Source: Eledone cirrhosa
Taxonomy: Eukaryota
DNA length: 64,000 bases
Reading direction: 5' to 3'
NCBI GenBank assembly: GCA_964016885.1
Contig: OZ024750.1
Coordinates: 20,150,001 to 20,214,000, forward strand
How positions within the stretch are numbered: the stretch's first letter is position 1; every line of letters begins with the position of its first letter. The notes below the pieces were generated by a model. It ran no database searches and was not told the DNA's origin. It saw only the letters and a program-made list of their open reading frames with translations. Below, one piece after another: positions 28,440 through 41,911 of this stretch. The position numbers and the translations under genes are program-made.

Positions 28440-29334
28440 TATATATATATATATCTGTGTGTGTGTGTGCGTGTGTGTCTGTATGGTGTGTGCAAGTCGG
28501 TGTATGGCTCAGCCTGTTTAGTAGTTTATCCAAAGAGATCACAATGTTATTGATTGAATAAAAAAAATGATTTTCAGAGCTGGTACAATTTAGGCCAAAG
28601 CTTCTAGATTTGTCGCTATGCGCTGCTCGTCAGTCGGTAATATATGACCAAATAATAAACCACAACATTACAATGCTATTTATATTAGTATCGGAACCTG
28701 AACCTTTAAGATATGATTCAGGAAATGTGTGGAATAAACATAGAATATTATATAATAAGGTATCAATAAGTCATCAAATGAATGCACTGGAATTAATTCA
28801 CATTAGAACCAAACAGCGTTACTACGCATTTATAAGTACACAAATAAAATGATTCGTAAAATATAGTTTGCATATAGCTTAGTGTATGCGGAAGTGGGGT
28901 AAAATATTTAATTAAAGGAATACAATTAGTGTTGAACATTTAATTTATTAAAATGGGATTTAAATAGTGTAAGATAAGCTCGTAATATTAAAATTAAGGG
29001 GATGTTAGTACAGAGGTATTTTTAAAATTAGTTTATCGTAAATGATACTGTAATTTAAAAGAAATGAAACCTTGCAGATGTAATAGTTAAAAAATAAAGT
29101 TAAGATTGTTTAATTACCGTAATTAAAATCAGGGATAACTTAAACGTTATATAATGAGTAAGAGGTAAGTGGTGTAATTAATTGATAGTAGAGTAATTTA
29201 TTTAGAGTAGATTAATTACTATCACAATATAGTGAATTAATGTTTACTGTCAAATTCCAAGCCGTTTGGTCGCTGAACAGCTATGAATAACAATGGTATT
29301 ATAATCACCCTATTAATGGAGACTATGAGAAAGT

Positions 29335-29640
29335 ACATGGTATTCGGCTTAAGATTTCAAGCTGATGTTTTCGATCCATGGCGACAAAATGTCCTTGAAA
29401 AAAATTTTTTTTTTCACATTATTCCCTTCTACTCAAGTGTCAAGAGTCGTAACTGTAAAGAAATAAGTCTTGCCTGTAAAGAAATACGGAGAGATACATG
29501 TCACTCTAGAATCATGAACCACTTGTACATTAATTTCGTGGTTAGCTTGTCCCCTTAATCAATTTACAGAAGCATTCATGGAACAAAGTTGGGAGTATAT
29601 TGAATATGTTATTGAATTACGATTGAGTCTGGTCACAAAC
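29335..29640 (+). mobile_element. Degraded SINE family 2
   Basis: gttttcgatcc B-box-like motif and tgtccttgaaaaaaatttt; body resembles 26335-26655. Confidence 0.5.
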
Positions 29641-30228
29641 TGTTATGTGTTCATATCATTCCTCCCAATGCAATTAGGAGAGTGACCATAACAATAGATA
29701 TGCATAAGTGAATATATCGGAGTAGTAAAAATGTATCGGAGTAGTAAACATGTCAAATTCTTTCCAGGATTCTGCTGATGCCAATAGATACCATTACAGC
29801 CACGTAGCCAAGTCGATTTGGCCTTTCCTTCTATATTTCTCTTTCTGTCCATCCCTGAGTAAAACGACTGTGAACAGATCTTGCGAAGGTTGAATTGTCT
29901 CTGCTTTAAATGACTAAATCACGTATGTCATGATTTTTCGCATGATATTCCATGAGAAGCCTCTTTCCATCAATGTTTCCTACAAAATAAAGGATGAATT
30001 AAGTGTTTATATTCGCGATTTCTATAAGCTGTGACACTAAATTTCAATTTAGCTGGAATTTAGCTCACTAATTAATAATCCAAATAGGAAACCTATTGTT
30101 AATTATCAATGCATAGTCGGATTAAAAAACAAATCTTAATATCCTACAAAATACATTAATATATATCATTCGGAAACCCATAGCAATGTTGTAAAAAACT
30201 AGAGAATCTATATACCAGAGAAGATAAT

Positions 30229-30403
30229 TGTTTCTACTTTTGCACAAGGCAAGCAAATTACTGGTACTTTATTTTATCGACCCTGTAAGGATGAAAGGCA
30301 AAGTTAACGTCGGCGGATTGGAACTCAGACCATAAAGGGCCGTAACTCTTTGCTGCAAAGAATGGCGTCCTACACTCTAACGATACTGCCAATCTACCGC
30401 CCA
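30229..30403 (-). mobile_element. SINE family 1 with a 19-bp target-site duplication
   Basis: atataccagagaagataat at 30210-30228 and 30404-30422. Confidence 0.95.
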
Positions 30404-31230
30404 ATATACCAGAGAAGATAATGCAATCTTATTTTCTACATGAAATCTACTTAAAATAGATTCTCATTTATATTATATCAATGGTAACTTTAAATTATTT
30501 GTTTACTCAATTCAAACATCAGTAATGTGATAATCTACTGTGGCAAACTAGGATAGGTATCTAATAAAGCTTAACTACATCTTAACTAAAAAACAAAATA
30601 AGGGAGAGACAGATAGAAAAAAAATGATTGAAAAACGTGAAGAAAGATGAAAAAGAAGAACAACTTTGAAACAATTACATTTTTCTGTTGTTGAATCTTT
30701 CTGTAACCTCCATATGCTGAGAGTTGCACATTCATAGATTGAAAGCCAAACTTAGAGATGGCCCCACACTCTCAGATTGGTAGTTTTTACATTAAAACAA
30801 TTGGTGCCATACAGTTTTTCGATATAAAGAATTATCACATATTCATTTCACTCCACAACTGGGAACAAACCTTTCTAAATTGGGCGTTTATATTATTGAT
30901 GGGGTTTTGTACGCTCGTTATCCTGTTAATGCCCCCCACGCACACAAAATAAAGCTCACATTTAGCTATCATTTCTAGTCTTGTTTTATATAGCAGGTGA
31001 ATTCATTTCCATAAACTTGTTCGAATATCTTTAATATCATGGCATTACATGACTAGTTTGACATATATGGTTGCCCTGTATGTTCCTATGGCTTTCTCTG
31101 GTGTATGTTAATGGACCGTTCATCGAACATGGGCTACATGGATTAAAATAAATTGAAGACCAACTATAATGAACTTTCTGGCAATACTGTCTCGTAACTA
31201 GTCAGTAATTTAACAGTATTTAATAGCTCC

Positions 31231-32348
31231 TTTCTTTATTTTATTTATGTTGTGCCTCTCCTTTGTTCTGTCCTACGTCATCTTGTTTTTGTGTGTGTTG
31301 TGTGCTTAGTTTGCGCATGTGTTACATCCCGGTGTCTGTGTGTGTTTTTATTTGTTTATTTATTTGTTTATTTACATGTTACTAGTTAATTGTTTGTTCT
31401 ATGTGTGTGTGTTTTCATACTAGATTGTAATGCCCATCAATACAACCCCTAGAGGAGAACTAGTTTACAAATTTAGAAGGGCTCTAGATAAACTTAAACT
31501 AAATATTAAGATAGTGGAAGACCAGGTACGTCCATAAAAAACACTAATTAGTAATACATACCCTTCTCAAAGACCTCTGTATAGATGGGAAATGCATAAT
31601 CTGTAAGCTAAGCACCCATATTAAATGTAAAACTAGAAACATATTATATAGCATAAGATGTACTGAGGGACAATGTAAAAGTAAGAATATAATGTGAGAC
31701 AGCTCGTAGCATAGGAGAACGATTAAATGAATACTGGCGAGAACTCTAAGATAGAAAAGACTCATCAATACTCCACCAACATGCTAAAATTGAACTTAGA
31801 AAAATAGAATCTACACACAGAAAAGACGCAATGTTTAGACAAATCACAGAGGCAATAAACATAAATAAACTCCAACCAAAATTATATAGAAAACATGAAT
31901 GGAATAGCAACATCACAACTTATAATTAAGGACAAAATGAAAACACACAACCATAGAACAAACTACTAACTAGTAACATGGAAATAAACAAATAAAAACA
32001 CACACAGGCACCCGGATGTATCACATGCGCAAACTAAGAACACAACACACCCAAACCAAGATGGTGTAGGACAGAACAAAGGAGAGGCATAAAATAAATA
32101 AAATAAAGAAAAGAATACCCAGTCACTGAAGAGGTCAAATAATGTGTGACGAAATAACTTTGATAATATATGAACAACCGTCCGGTAATAGAACAAACCG
32201 ACCAACCGGAAACTTATAATAAATTGAAGTGAAAACAACTGGTGCGTGTGTTTCTTATTGGCAACATGACCCTCCCAAAGTATAACAATATCGGTTTCAA
32301 CACGCGTTTTCAGATAAGGAATCTTGCTAAACAAATTCAGAAACGAAA
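31231..32348 (+). mobile_element. 5'-truncated Penelope-like element: inverted partial pLTR (31231-31418), GIY-YIG fragment (31419-31929), 3' pLTR with hammerhead, ending at (TA)n
   Basis: VMPINTTPRGEL...KLKLNIKIVE...CIICKLSTHIKCKTRNILYSIRC...ETARSIGERLNEY...SSILHQH...DAMFRQITEAININKLQPKLYRKHEW; 31231-31418 is the reverse complement of about 31937-32110. Confidence 0.9.
32122..32174 (+). ncRNA. Hammerhead motif in PLE pLTR, family A
   Basis: GUCA-CUGAAGA-gGUCA...UGAC-GAAA-U...A-UA^UGAA; stem I is imperfect. Confidence 0.6.
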
Positions 32349-32924
32349 TATATATATATACACACACACACACGTATATATATATATATAAGACAGAATG
32401 TGGATTTGTATAACAATACATAAATTAATTGGTGTTCATATGTGCATTATGTTCAACATTTAATCATATCTTTACAATAATATATGATGTATATGTATTT
32501 CATTATCCCTACCAAATTATTAATCATCTATGTCTAATATATTGCTTCATACATGCATATTTGTCAAGTGTATGTTTTGCAAGCATATATATTTATTTAC
32601 GTTAGCCATCCTGGTGCCCATTGTAACTAAATTCTCTTTTAAAATATGTTATTATTAATGTGCAAGTGTATGTAGATTTCACTTAATCATATTATTAGTA
32701 GACGCACATCTATTACATTTGCAAAGGAAATAATACAGCAACATATGCTATTCACTTTCGTGTTACTTGAAACATACATTAGAGTTACCAACGAAATAAA
32801 AATAGTATATGCATTTGTCGTTCTTTTTAATAATTATTGATAACATATTTATGGTAACATAAATATGTCATAGTGAAATACATTAATTTTATTTTGTATG
32901 AATCAATTTGCCGGAGCCCACCAG

Positions 32925-33024
32925 TCGGGGTCCTGCCTCTTTTCTTATTACCCACTCTACTACCCTAAGTATCGAGTACTCTTGTGCATTATGGTCAACC
33001 TGGTTCCTAACACATTTTTGTTGT
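32925..33024 (+). repeat. Unclassified TA-abutting repeat terminus; related copy inverted at 42920-43015
   Basis: Shared ggtcc...tttc.tattacccactctacta...aagta.cg.gtactc; both copies end at a TA run. Confidence 0.65.
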
Positions 33025-33046
33025 TATATATATATATATATATATT

Positions 33047-33925
33047 CAGAGAGGTCTTTGAAAAAGGTATGTATTACTAATACGTGTTTTTATGGAGGTA
33101 ACTGGTCTTTCTAATATCTTAATATTTAGTTTAAGTTTATCTATGGCCCTTCTAAATGTTATAAGCTAATTCACCTCTAGGTGTTGTATTGATGAACATT
33201 ACACTCTGGTATTTATTGCTATCATACCATGAGTTTATTCTGGTAACCTTATTCCTAGTTCTTTCTATTCTATTCCAAAATTTGCTCCTATACAAAGGGC
33301 ATTTGTATCATTATTTACCATTTTTTCCCATTTGGTTCTGGCTCCTCTAAATACTCTAATTTTATCTCTCTGATTTTAACCAGAGAACTGCATACGGTGG
33401 ATGAAGTGTTGTATGTGTATCTCTAGTTCTTTGGGGTTGCACATCCGGAACACTTTTATCATCATCCGTACTAAATCCACAATCAGTATGTTGATTTTGG
33501 TGTGATCCGAAACAGCTGAGTTTCGGTGGATCAGATATTTCGAAGTCATGGGTTTGGCATAATGGGGGATTTGTTGTTTGTTATTAATGGTTTCTAACCA
33601 GAGCTCTGTGTCTAGTACAGGTAATCGATGGGGTGTTTGCTTGGGTTATCTTTAGTAACTCTAATACTTTGGTAGATGGAGTTAGCTATTTGCTGGATGC
33701 TTTCCATGGTGTTTTTTCTCTAATTCCTGACTTTTCTCGAGTGGGATGTTTTTTATTACGATGTTTATATCATAGACGTAGCGAGAGTACATTATCAGGG
33801 TTAAGAGGTTGCTGTCTTCTAATTGTTCTTTAAGCTTATTGGACCATCATACCACGAAGCTCTGTCACCTGCAATGCTAAAACCAATGACTGCTCCCTCC
33901 TCTTGGGCATATGTTTCGCATATTG
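33047..33925 (-). pseudogene. Penelope-like reverse transcriptase fragment of the same family (Nematis-like by motif, inferred)
   Basis: YAQEEGAVIGFSIAG...MYSRYVYDINIV...LPVLDTELW...HYAKPMTSKYLIHRNSA...KINIL...FIHRMQFSG...LYRSKFWNR...SWYDSNKYQSVMFINTTPRGEL; its 3' part aligns with 31420-31577. Confidence 0.9.
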
Positions 33926-33928
33926 GCC

Positions 33929-34150
33929 AAAACACACACACATAGAACAAACAACCAACCAGTAATATGTAAATAAACAAGTACATAAACAAATAAAAAC
34001 ACCCACAGACACCGGGATGTAACACATGCGCAAACTAAGCACACAACACGCACAAAAGCAAGATGGCGTAGGACAAAACAAAGATAAGAATCCCCAGTCA
34101 CTGAGGAGATCACAGAATGTGTGACGAAATAATTTTTACAATATATGACC
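33929..34150 (+). mobile_element. Inverted pLTR upstream of the minus-strand PLE RT fragment
   Basis: Aligns with 31940-32175. Confidence 0.88.
34097..34149 (+). ncRNA. Hammerhead motif in PLE pLTR, family A
   Basis: GUCA-CUGAGGA-gaUCAC/GUGAc-GAAA-U...A-UA^UGAC; stem I GUCA/UGAC. Confidence 0.65.
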
Positions 34151-37100
34151 ATGTATTGGCAGAGCATATTCTTTTCGAGTTATAAAAACATCCAAAGAAA
34201 CATATTGAGAGAGATGGGAAAAAGGGATATTGAGTAAAAGCCGACAGCCTCATTAGTCAAGTATATCATTTATTGACCATAGTGGCATTTGGACGTAGAT
34301 CATAATGTACCAGAACAGTTGCCACAAAGAATTCTATCCGACATTCTAGCGACTCTACCCTTGCATTGCCTCAGAACAAAATAAGGTTTCCTTTCTGCTT
34401 ACTCAGAATAATAAATATTGGTATGTATTATATACTTTTCAAAGTAGTGTGAAATGTCTCTCAGAAAACTGCAAACTACTTTCTCCTAATAACATATTAC
34501 AAAGATGGCATATGGTAAGGCTGCAATTGATAATATATTTCTGCACACATCATAAGACAATATACAAAAATAGAAACAAAAAACAAATACAATATTTTGA
34601 ATAAAAAATGATACATGTTTCCAACTTAAGCAGAGGTCAGCAATTATCTTCGATGAGTTCGAATTCAAAGATTTAGAACAGTTTGAAATACATTAATGTG
34701 ATTAATCCGACATCTCTAACATTTCAGCCAAACTGACGTCTTCACAAAGCCGATAATGATGATCATGATTTGCGCCATATAATCATTAACGGTGCATGTA
34801 TAATTTGAAATGTATGTTTCTATAAATAATAGCGCTCAATTTAATATGAAACTTATCAATATATTCATTGTATAAATAATTTCATAATATTTAGGCATGC
34901 AATAATTATAGATATCTCTTTATTGTTTTAATGCATAGTGATATCGAGACATCTTTGCCAAATCCATGGAATATATACAACGTAATATAATTGAAATATA
35001 TTACAATGTCCGTCACTCGCAAATGAGTATGACTTGCCATGCATGAAAAATATGTTTTTAAATGTCATGCAGTCAAAATAAGTCACACACACCATCTTGT
35101 TTCTTCCGCCCTCAATCTCGTGGAATAACCATGATGGGGCAGGTGGTAGACGAAATGACTGCACTAGACATAGAGGTGTCTGGGAATTGAATTATGTGTA
35201 TATAGTCGTGATGAATAGCAACATCTGTAATGAAGTAGTAAAGTAGTACAAAACACAAATATGTTAGATTACTAGGGATATATGACTTTAATGGGAAGTG
35301 CCCAACGATTATATTGCATTCAATATCACAGTAATTTATTGATAATTGCATATTGATATTTAAAGCCAGTTCAGTATATTCTCTGTAATCAATTGCTCCA
35401 TAAAACTTATAATGTTGCAATAAACATGCTTGTAGACTTATCTCTGTTGAAAACGAAATAACAGAACGCACTTCCAATATGCCATAATAATGAAAAATAG
35501 TACCAATCAAGTATTGGGATGGAATCTTTTACTCTCTACCTCTATACATTTTAACTTGCATTCTTTAATTATCTATCCTTCTGTGGAAGAAGCTATTGTA
35601 TTCGGACCACGAGAGGAGTCGGGCTCCGTCAGCCTTTTTTTTTAATGCCATAGAATTGCCTTATACGGCGTCCATGCGGCTCCTTCAGGAGTTACGGGAC
35701 CATGCATCAACAGAATAATTAAATTATATGTTCTGCATCACTAGCACAGGTGATTTAATTCTTCCCCCGCTTTTAACACTGTGACATATTAATTAGTAAT
35801 GGAAGTAGGCTATCAACTTCTCGACGCGTTTTTTTATTTTATTGAATGAACAAAATAGAAATTAGTTTGTGGAGCTTGTAATAACTTGTTCAAATTGAAA
35901 GTACTCAGGATAATATTGTATTTCAACAGACATGAGATATTCAATTACTGCATTACGTCTGTAGTAATTGATTAGGTATAGAAACATAATTAGGAATATC
36001 GCACTGCGATCCTGTTCTGGTTTCGATCTGATTTTCGGCTTTGCAGCTCTCCGAGTCGATCAACACATGAACGTGAATTCAGAATATAATGTGTGCGGGT
36101 GTATACGCTTTTGTGTGTGTGTGTGTATGTGTGTGTGTGTATGTGTGTGCGTGCGTGCGTATGTGTGTGTGTATGCGTGTGTATGGGTATGTGTGTGTGA
36201 GTGTGTATATGGAATCAAGCATAAATCCGTATATATCTGCATACATATATTTTGTGTGTGTTGGTATTGCTTATAAAAATAAAAGTCATTCCATGCTATA
36301 TTATGTTCATAAAACTTGCCTTTCTTGCATTTTTTTTTTCATATTATTATTCAGTTTTCTGCAAAATAGAAGCTACAAGCTTTGACTAAAAAACATTTCA
36401 ATATTGAAAAACAAAATAAACAAATCCACCAAAACTATTTTTTTTTCCTTTTGTCCTAGGCAATATTGGATTACTCTTAACTTTGACAACATGATATATA
36501 TTGAAGTGAATTCTTTTCAATCAATCCCCCATTCCAAAGATCAAAGAGAACTTGAAATCGATTAAAACCTTGGAAAAATGCGAAGTCATCTCATTTAAAA
36601 ATCAAAGCTTAGTTCTAAAACTTATTTTGATTGAAATTGCAGATTTTAACTAGATTTTAACTGACAAATAAACATATCTCCTATGCATTACTTTATTTCT
36701 TGATAGTTTCTAAAACCAATGTGATTGATGTTCTCAAGAAATGGTAGTCTATATAAAAATCCTAACAATTTAGTTAATATGAAATCCGAATAAATTTCGC
36801 TTCCTTCTTTTAGTTTCATTAAATGTCAATTATTTTAAATTCGTAAAAAAAAACAACATAGTATTAAAATTGTTATTTCTTGAATTCTATACTATTTTAG
36901 CAATGTGGTAGAGATTTATGTTTAAGTGAAATTGTGCTTAAATTTAATATTCTTGAATATTAGCTCTACTGAATTATTGAATACATGTATTTATTATTTA
37001 TTTATCATTTATTTATTTATTCAAATTAAACGATCATATAGAGCTAGTAAGCTATGACAGACTCGGGGAAGTATCACGTACTCCTTAGAGTTGTTAATCA

Positions 37101-37329
37101 AAAGAGCTAGTCAGATCAGAAACTAACATAAAAATAAAAAAGAGAAAAGAGGAAAAAAAACATTACACTTATTGAAGGCCAATGGGGGATAGATTATGCC
37201 TGAGAAAATGATCATTATTGTAAACGATTTTATTTGTTCTAGCCATGGAAGAAGCCAAATAATATGCTGTTTTCTTTCGCATTTAAACTGAGCAGTTAGC
37301 AATTTGCGTTTTCCTGGACTCTTCTATAA

Positions 37330-37800
37330 ACATGTGGGTTAAAGCTGCTTCATGAAAAATGTGCATAATTTGGTTTTGTTGCTGATGATACTAGATGAAG
37401 TATATAAGTTGACATCATCTTCAAAGTCTGATATACTTCTACAATTTTATTTTGAGGTGTAAACAAGTATGTTGTGCAATATAGAAAGAGAATGGGGTGA
37501 TTGGAGGACCCTGTGGGAGACCCTTTAAAAGGTATGTATTTTTGATTTTCTCATTTCCAAGAATCAGTCTTATGCTACGATGAGTGAGAAAGCTTTCAAC
37601 CCAGTTGTGTAAGTTTTTTTTACTAGAGAGTCATGAACCCCATTGTCATACGCACCCTTTATATCTAGTGAGATCAAACTGGTCGATTTTTTCAAGAGTT
37701 TTTACTTTCTGATGAATGTAGTTATTTCATATACACAGGTCAGTGATTTTGTTCACTCAAAATCCGAATTGGGATTTGACGAATGTCATTGTCTCGCCCA
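37330..37800 (-). pseudogene. Degraded non-LTR (jockey/I-group-like) reverse transcriptase fragment
   Basis: SQFGF*...SLISLDIKGAYDNGVHDSLV...NWVESFLTHRSI...KGLPQG...FEDDVNLY, in canonical RT motif order. Confidence 0.8.
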
Positions 37801-37881
37801 AGTAAGAATATGAATGGCCTAACATTTTTGTAGCATTTTAGAAGGATTGTTTAGTAGATCTGGTAGAGTATTAGCTATCAT

Positions 37882-37924
37882 TCTTCTTCTTTTTCTTCTT
37901 CTTCTTCTTCTTCTTCTTCTTCTT
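37882..37924. repeat. (CTT)n microsatellite
   Basis: Read directly. Confidence 0.95.
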
Positions 37925-38241
37925 GCTGAAAACAGGGCAGTATTGTGTCTGCATTATCTCACCCATGATTTTAATATTGTCTTCGAGCGTGACACTTTCC
38001 TCACCTATCGGGCCAAGAGTGGAGATTGTAGCCGCCTGATTTTCGGCAAACAAACGCAACAAATTGGGACTGCTTTTTATATAAACTCGTATGAGTGCCG
38101 TAAGAATAGTTCACAAATTTCATACCTCTTACATTCTGGAAACCTTGCGTAGCGCTTTTGTTCCTTGTATGAATATAAATAAATTACACAGTCACACGCA
38201 CATACATATGTACACACGCACATACACACATACACACACAC

Positions 38242-38291
<50 letters not shown>

Positions 38292-38294
<3 letters not shown>

Positions 38295-38572
38295 GAGATC
38301 AAAAGATGGTTAAAGGAGTTCCATGTATTTTATTATGCGCATTTCAAAAACAAACATCATCATGCAATAATATTTGTGTTTTCATCAGATAAAACAGGAG
38401 AACATGATATGAAGGCTAAAAAACACTTGTGGATAGTGCAGTTTTAAATCAACATATAAAAAGTGGTTTGAGATCTTATATTATGCATAATACTCCAGTC
38501 CTACAAACTGTAGAGTGCTTCTTATCCGATATCTGCATTGCTTTATTGTACTACAATAAAACTCACCTCCTA
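38292..38572 (-). mobile_element. Hammerhead-bearing element fragment, family B, with (TA)n on both sides
   Basis: Near-identical to 49479-49702 in the opposite orientation, apart from a roughly 55-bp indel. Confidence 0.88.
38328..38394 (-). ncRNA. Type I hammerhead ribozyme motif, family B
   Basis: UUUUAU-CUGAUGA-AAAC..AAAUAUUAU...AUGAUGUUUGUUUUU-GAAA-UGCGCA-UA^AUAAAA; palindromic stem III. Confidence 0.8.
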
Positions 38573-39357
38573 CATATATATATATATATATTTTTAAATA
38601 ACAGATTAAAGTTTAAGCAAAGAATCGCTGCTTATATATATATAAAAAATAAAAATACGAGGAAATATATATATATAAATGTATGTATTATTCAGGTGTG
38701 TCTGTTTTTTGTAAGTATATGTAATAAGGAGAGTAAATATAACTTTGCAGGAAAACAATTGTTTCATTACACATCATATCTTATTTGATAGAGCGAAATG
38801 CAATAATTATTGAGATATGATATTTATTGAAACTGTTTCGTCCCTGTAATGTCATATTTATTTAATAAATCAACGGACGCTCTCTATTTATACTATATGA
38901 TTCATTTTATTAGGGTGGTGGAGGCTATCCTTTTGTTGATTTTTATATTCATTCGAAAATTACACCTGGTATTCTATTCAATACATGAATATGTGTTTAG
39001 GTATATAAGCATACGCACATACACACACACACGCACACACACACACACACACACATATAGATATATATACACATACATACACACGGACACAAACACCAAT
39101 ATATATATATATATATGAGTGTGTATGCGTATGTGTGAGTGTGTGTGTGTATGTATGTGTGTGTTTGTGTGTGAAAGAGTGAAACACACGGACAGCATTA
39201 CACGTAAAAACATTATATAAATTTGCAGATTATTTACTGACATGATTTTCACATAAAAACAATTTCAGCGATAAATATTAATCTTCTTATCTCTCCCTTT
39301 GCCATTCACTCTTCTTCTATGTCACTCTCTCTATATATATATTTCTGTATATATATA

Positions 39358-39361
<4 letters not shown>

Positions 39362-39429
<68 letters not shown>
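39362..39429. repeat. (CA)n microsatellite
   Basis: Read directly. Confidence 0.95.
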
Positions 39430-39436
<7 letters not shown>

Positions 39437-40229
39437 ATATATATATATTTATATATATAACAGTGACGAACAAATTTATGGACGTTAAATTTTTTTCTAT
39501 ATATTAAATATATGCTTGCATACCAAATTGCTATATCATATTCTTTATGAGTCGCTTTTGTGAAAATATCTCATATTTCTACTATAAAAGTATTTTGCCC
39601 TTCACCTAAATATTTATCTAAAGTATAAAGAATTATTTGTTAGTTACTAATTTTTATTTTAAGTCTTATTTTCAAATTTCTAATACGAAATATATTTTTA
39701 TATTTTCTTTAAAATTGGCGTAAATCTTCAAAAATAACTCACCGAAGCAGATAAATTTCAACAAATACGTTTTCTTTTTTCAAATGCCATTAAGTAACAC
39801 ATTTTCGTTGTGCTTTTGAGTGATAAATATAGGTTGTCTGAAAAGAACAGCTTTCAATATATCTTCGCTCTAAATAATTATTATGGCAATAACAAGACAG
39901 CGATATAAACAAAACGCAGATGTAAGGTGCCTTATAATCTCAGTCGACAGAATTGTAAATGCGTTACCCTCGAATGATAGGGAGGAAAATGTTCGGAATT
40001 ATGAAACTAAAAAAATAATTGAGAACTCTCAATGTATGTTTAACATAGCATGTAGTATATATAATTATCTGTTTCTAAAAGTAACATCATATGACGACTG
40101 AATGTTGACTTATGGAACCCATGGTTACTTAAGATCTGACAACCTCTAAAAACTTAATCCAAGAATATCATGAAATAGACTGCCCGAAAACGTTGAGAAA
40201 TGCGGCAAAATGGGGAGATTTTACATAAT

Positions 40230-40418
40230 TGTTTCTACTTTAGGCACAAGGCCAGCAATTACCCAGTACATTACTGGTACTTTATTTTATCGACCCCGTA
40301 AGGATGAAAGGCAAAGTTAACCTCGGCGGGATTTGAACTCAGATCGTAAAGGTACGTAACTATGCTGGAAAGCATGGCGTCCAACCCTCTACCAACACTG
40401 CCAATTCACCGCCCTATC
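40230..40418 (-). mobile_element. SINE family 1 with an 18-bp target-site duplication
   Basis: ggggagattttacataat at 40212-40229 and 40419-40436. Confidence 0.95.
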
Positions 40419-40799
40419 GGGGAGATTTTACATAATGAAAGCTATACTCATTTCCACAAGACAAGACGGCTCACACCAATCCCAAAGTAGGAGACCACCT
40501 CGTAGGACAGGGAAAGTCTCATTGACAGAATTATAAATATGTTAATCCTTAATTATTATGAGAGGAATTGCTATAGATGCCTCATGATATCGGGGCATAT
40601 GGTCACAGGGAACGGCAATTGTTACCCCAGAGAAGAGTGGGGTAAAGAACCGAAAGGAGCCATTTCCAAATTAATAAATGAACTCATTGTCCCAGTGTAC
40701 AGAATGTGAAAATCGTTACACACGGATTATAGTGCGTAGGTTTCTTATGGGCATATTGTGGCGGCTAACTAATTCTCCTCACATATATATATATATATA

Positions 40800-40965
40800 T
40801 AGTAATAATAATAACTTGGAAGAGTAAATTCCAAAGAGGGCTCGATAAGGATAAATATATATCAAATATATAAGAACCGTAGAGTAAATATTTATTAAAA
40901 TAACAGATTAAAGTTTAAGCAAAGAATCGGAGCTTTCATCCTTAACGGGATCTTCTGAAACTAGT
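40800..40965 (-). mobile_element. Longest copy of family D, between TA runs, with a mutated hammerhead (approx. 40912-40962)
   Basis: AGUUU-CAGAAGA-UCC/GGA u-GAAA-GC...GC-UU^AAACU; the core has CAGA instead of CUGA. Confidence 0.6.
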
Positions 40966-41170
40966 TTATATATATATATAAATATATACTGCCCCTTTTT
41001 ATTTTTATTATTATTATAACTATTTGTACACATATGCAATTTAAGAATATTCCGCATATCCGCAATTGACAATGCATATACTGCTGAAACCGGTATTGTA
41101 AATACATGAATGTTTTGATATATCACTACAAAAATATTTTTTCTTTCTACTATTTGTTTATATATATATA

Positions 41171-41304
41171 TTCTATTTCAAATACTGCCAAAGTCAATAC
41201 CATTTATGTACTGTGGACAACGTAATGAACATTCCCCTCCCCACGCATTGTTGGAATTTTTCTTCAATCACAAATCCCCATACACATAAAACCAGCCCAT
41301 AGAT

Positions 41305-41399
<95 letters not shown>

Positions 41400-41443
41400 T
41401 AAAATATTATTATTACTATATATATATATTAAAATATTATTAT

Positions 41444-41478
<35 letters not shown>

Positions 41479-41610
41479 CTATGGGGAGGTTTTATGTGTA
41501 TGTGGATTTGTGATTGAAGAAGAAGTCCAACAGTGCGTGGGGAGGGGAATGTTCATTACGTTGTCCACAGTACATAAATGGTATTGACTTAGGCAGTATT
41601 TGAAATAGAA
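41171..41610. repeat. Inverted repeat, arms about 135 bp (41171-41305 / 41476-41610), around a (TA)n spacer
   Basis: aagtcaataccatttatgtactgtggacaacgtaatgaacattcccctccccacgca and its reverse complement. Confidence 0.95.
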
Positions 41611-41696
41611 ATGTTTCAAATTGAAACCAAATATTACATATTATTTTGTTCGATGTTCTACCGATACTCTTAATACACAAACATCTCGTGCAATAC

Positions 41697-41911
41697 TTGT
41701 TTCTACTTTTGGCATACAGCCAGAAATCTGAAGGTAATACGGGTAATTGTATTAGATCGATCCCAGTTCGTTACGGATATTTATCTTATCACCCAGTAAG
41801 GATGGAAGGTAAAGATAACCACGGTAAGATGTGAAATGAGAATGTAAAGGTCGTGATTATATTACGCAAATCCAGATGTCTGAAGCTCTACCTAGCTACC
41901 AATCCCCCGCC
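41697..41911 (-). mobile_element. Older diverged SINE family 1 copy
   Basis: ttgtttctacttttggca tail and gtaaggatggaaggtaaag core. Confidence 0.7.

Noticed and set aside
40565-40625. CYRCLMISGH...C zinc-knuckle-like peptide
   Set aside because: Spacing does not fit CX2CX4HX4C and there is no supporting gag/ORF1 context
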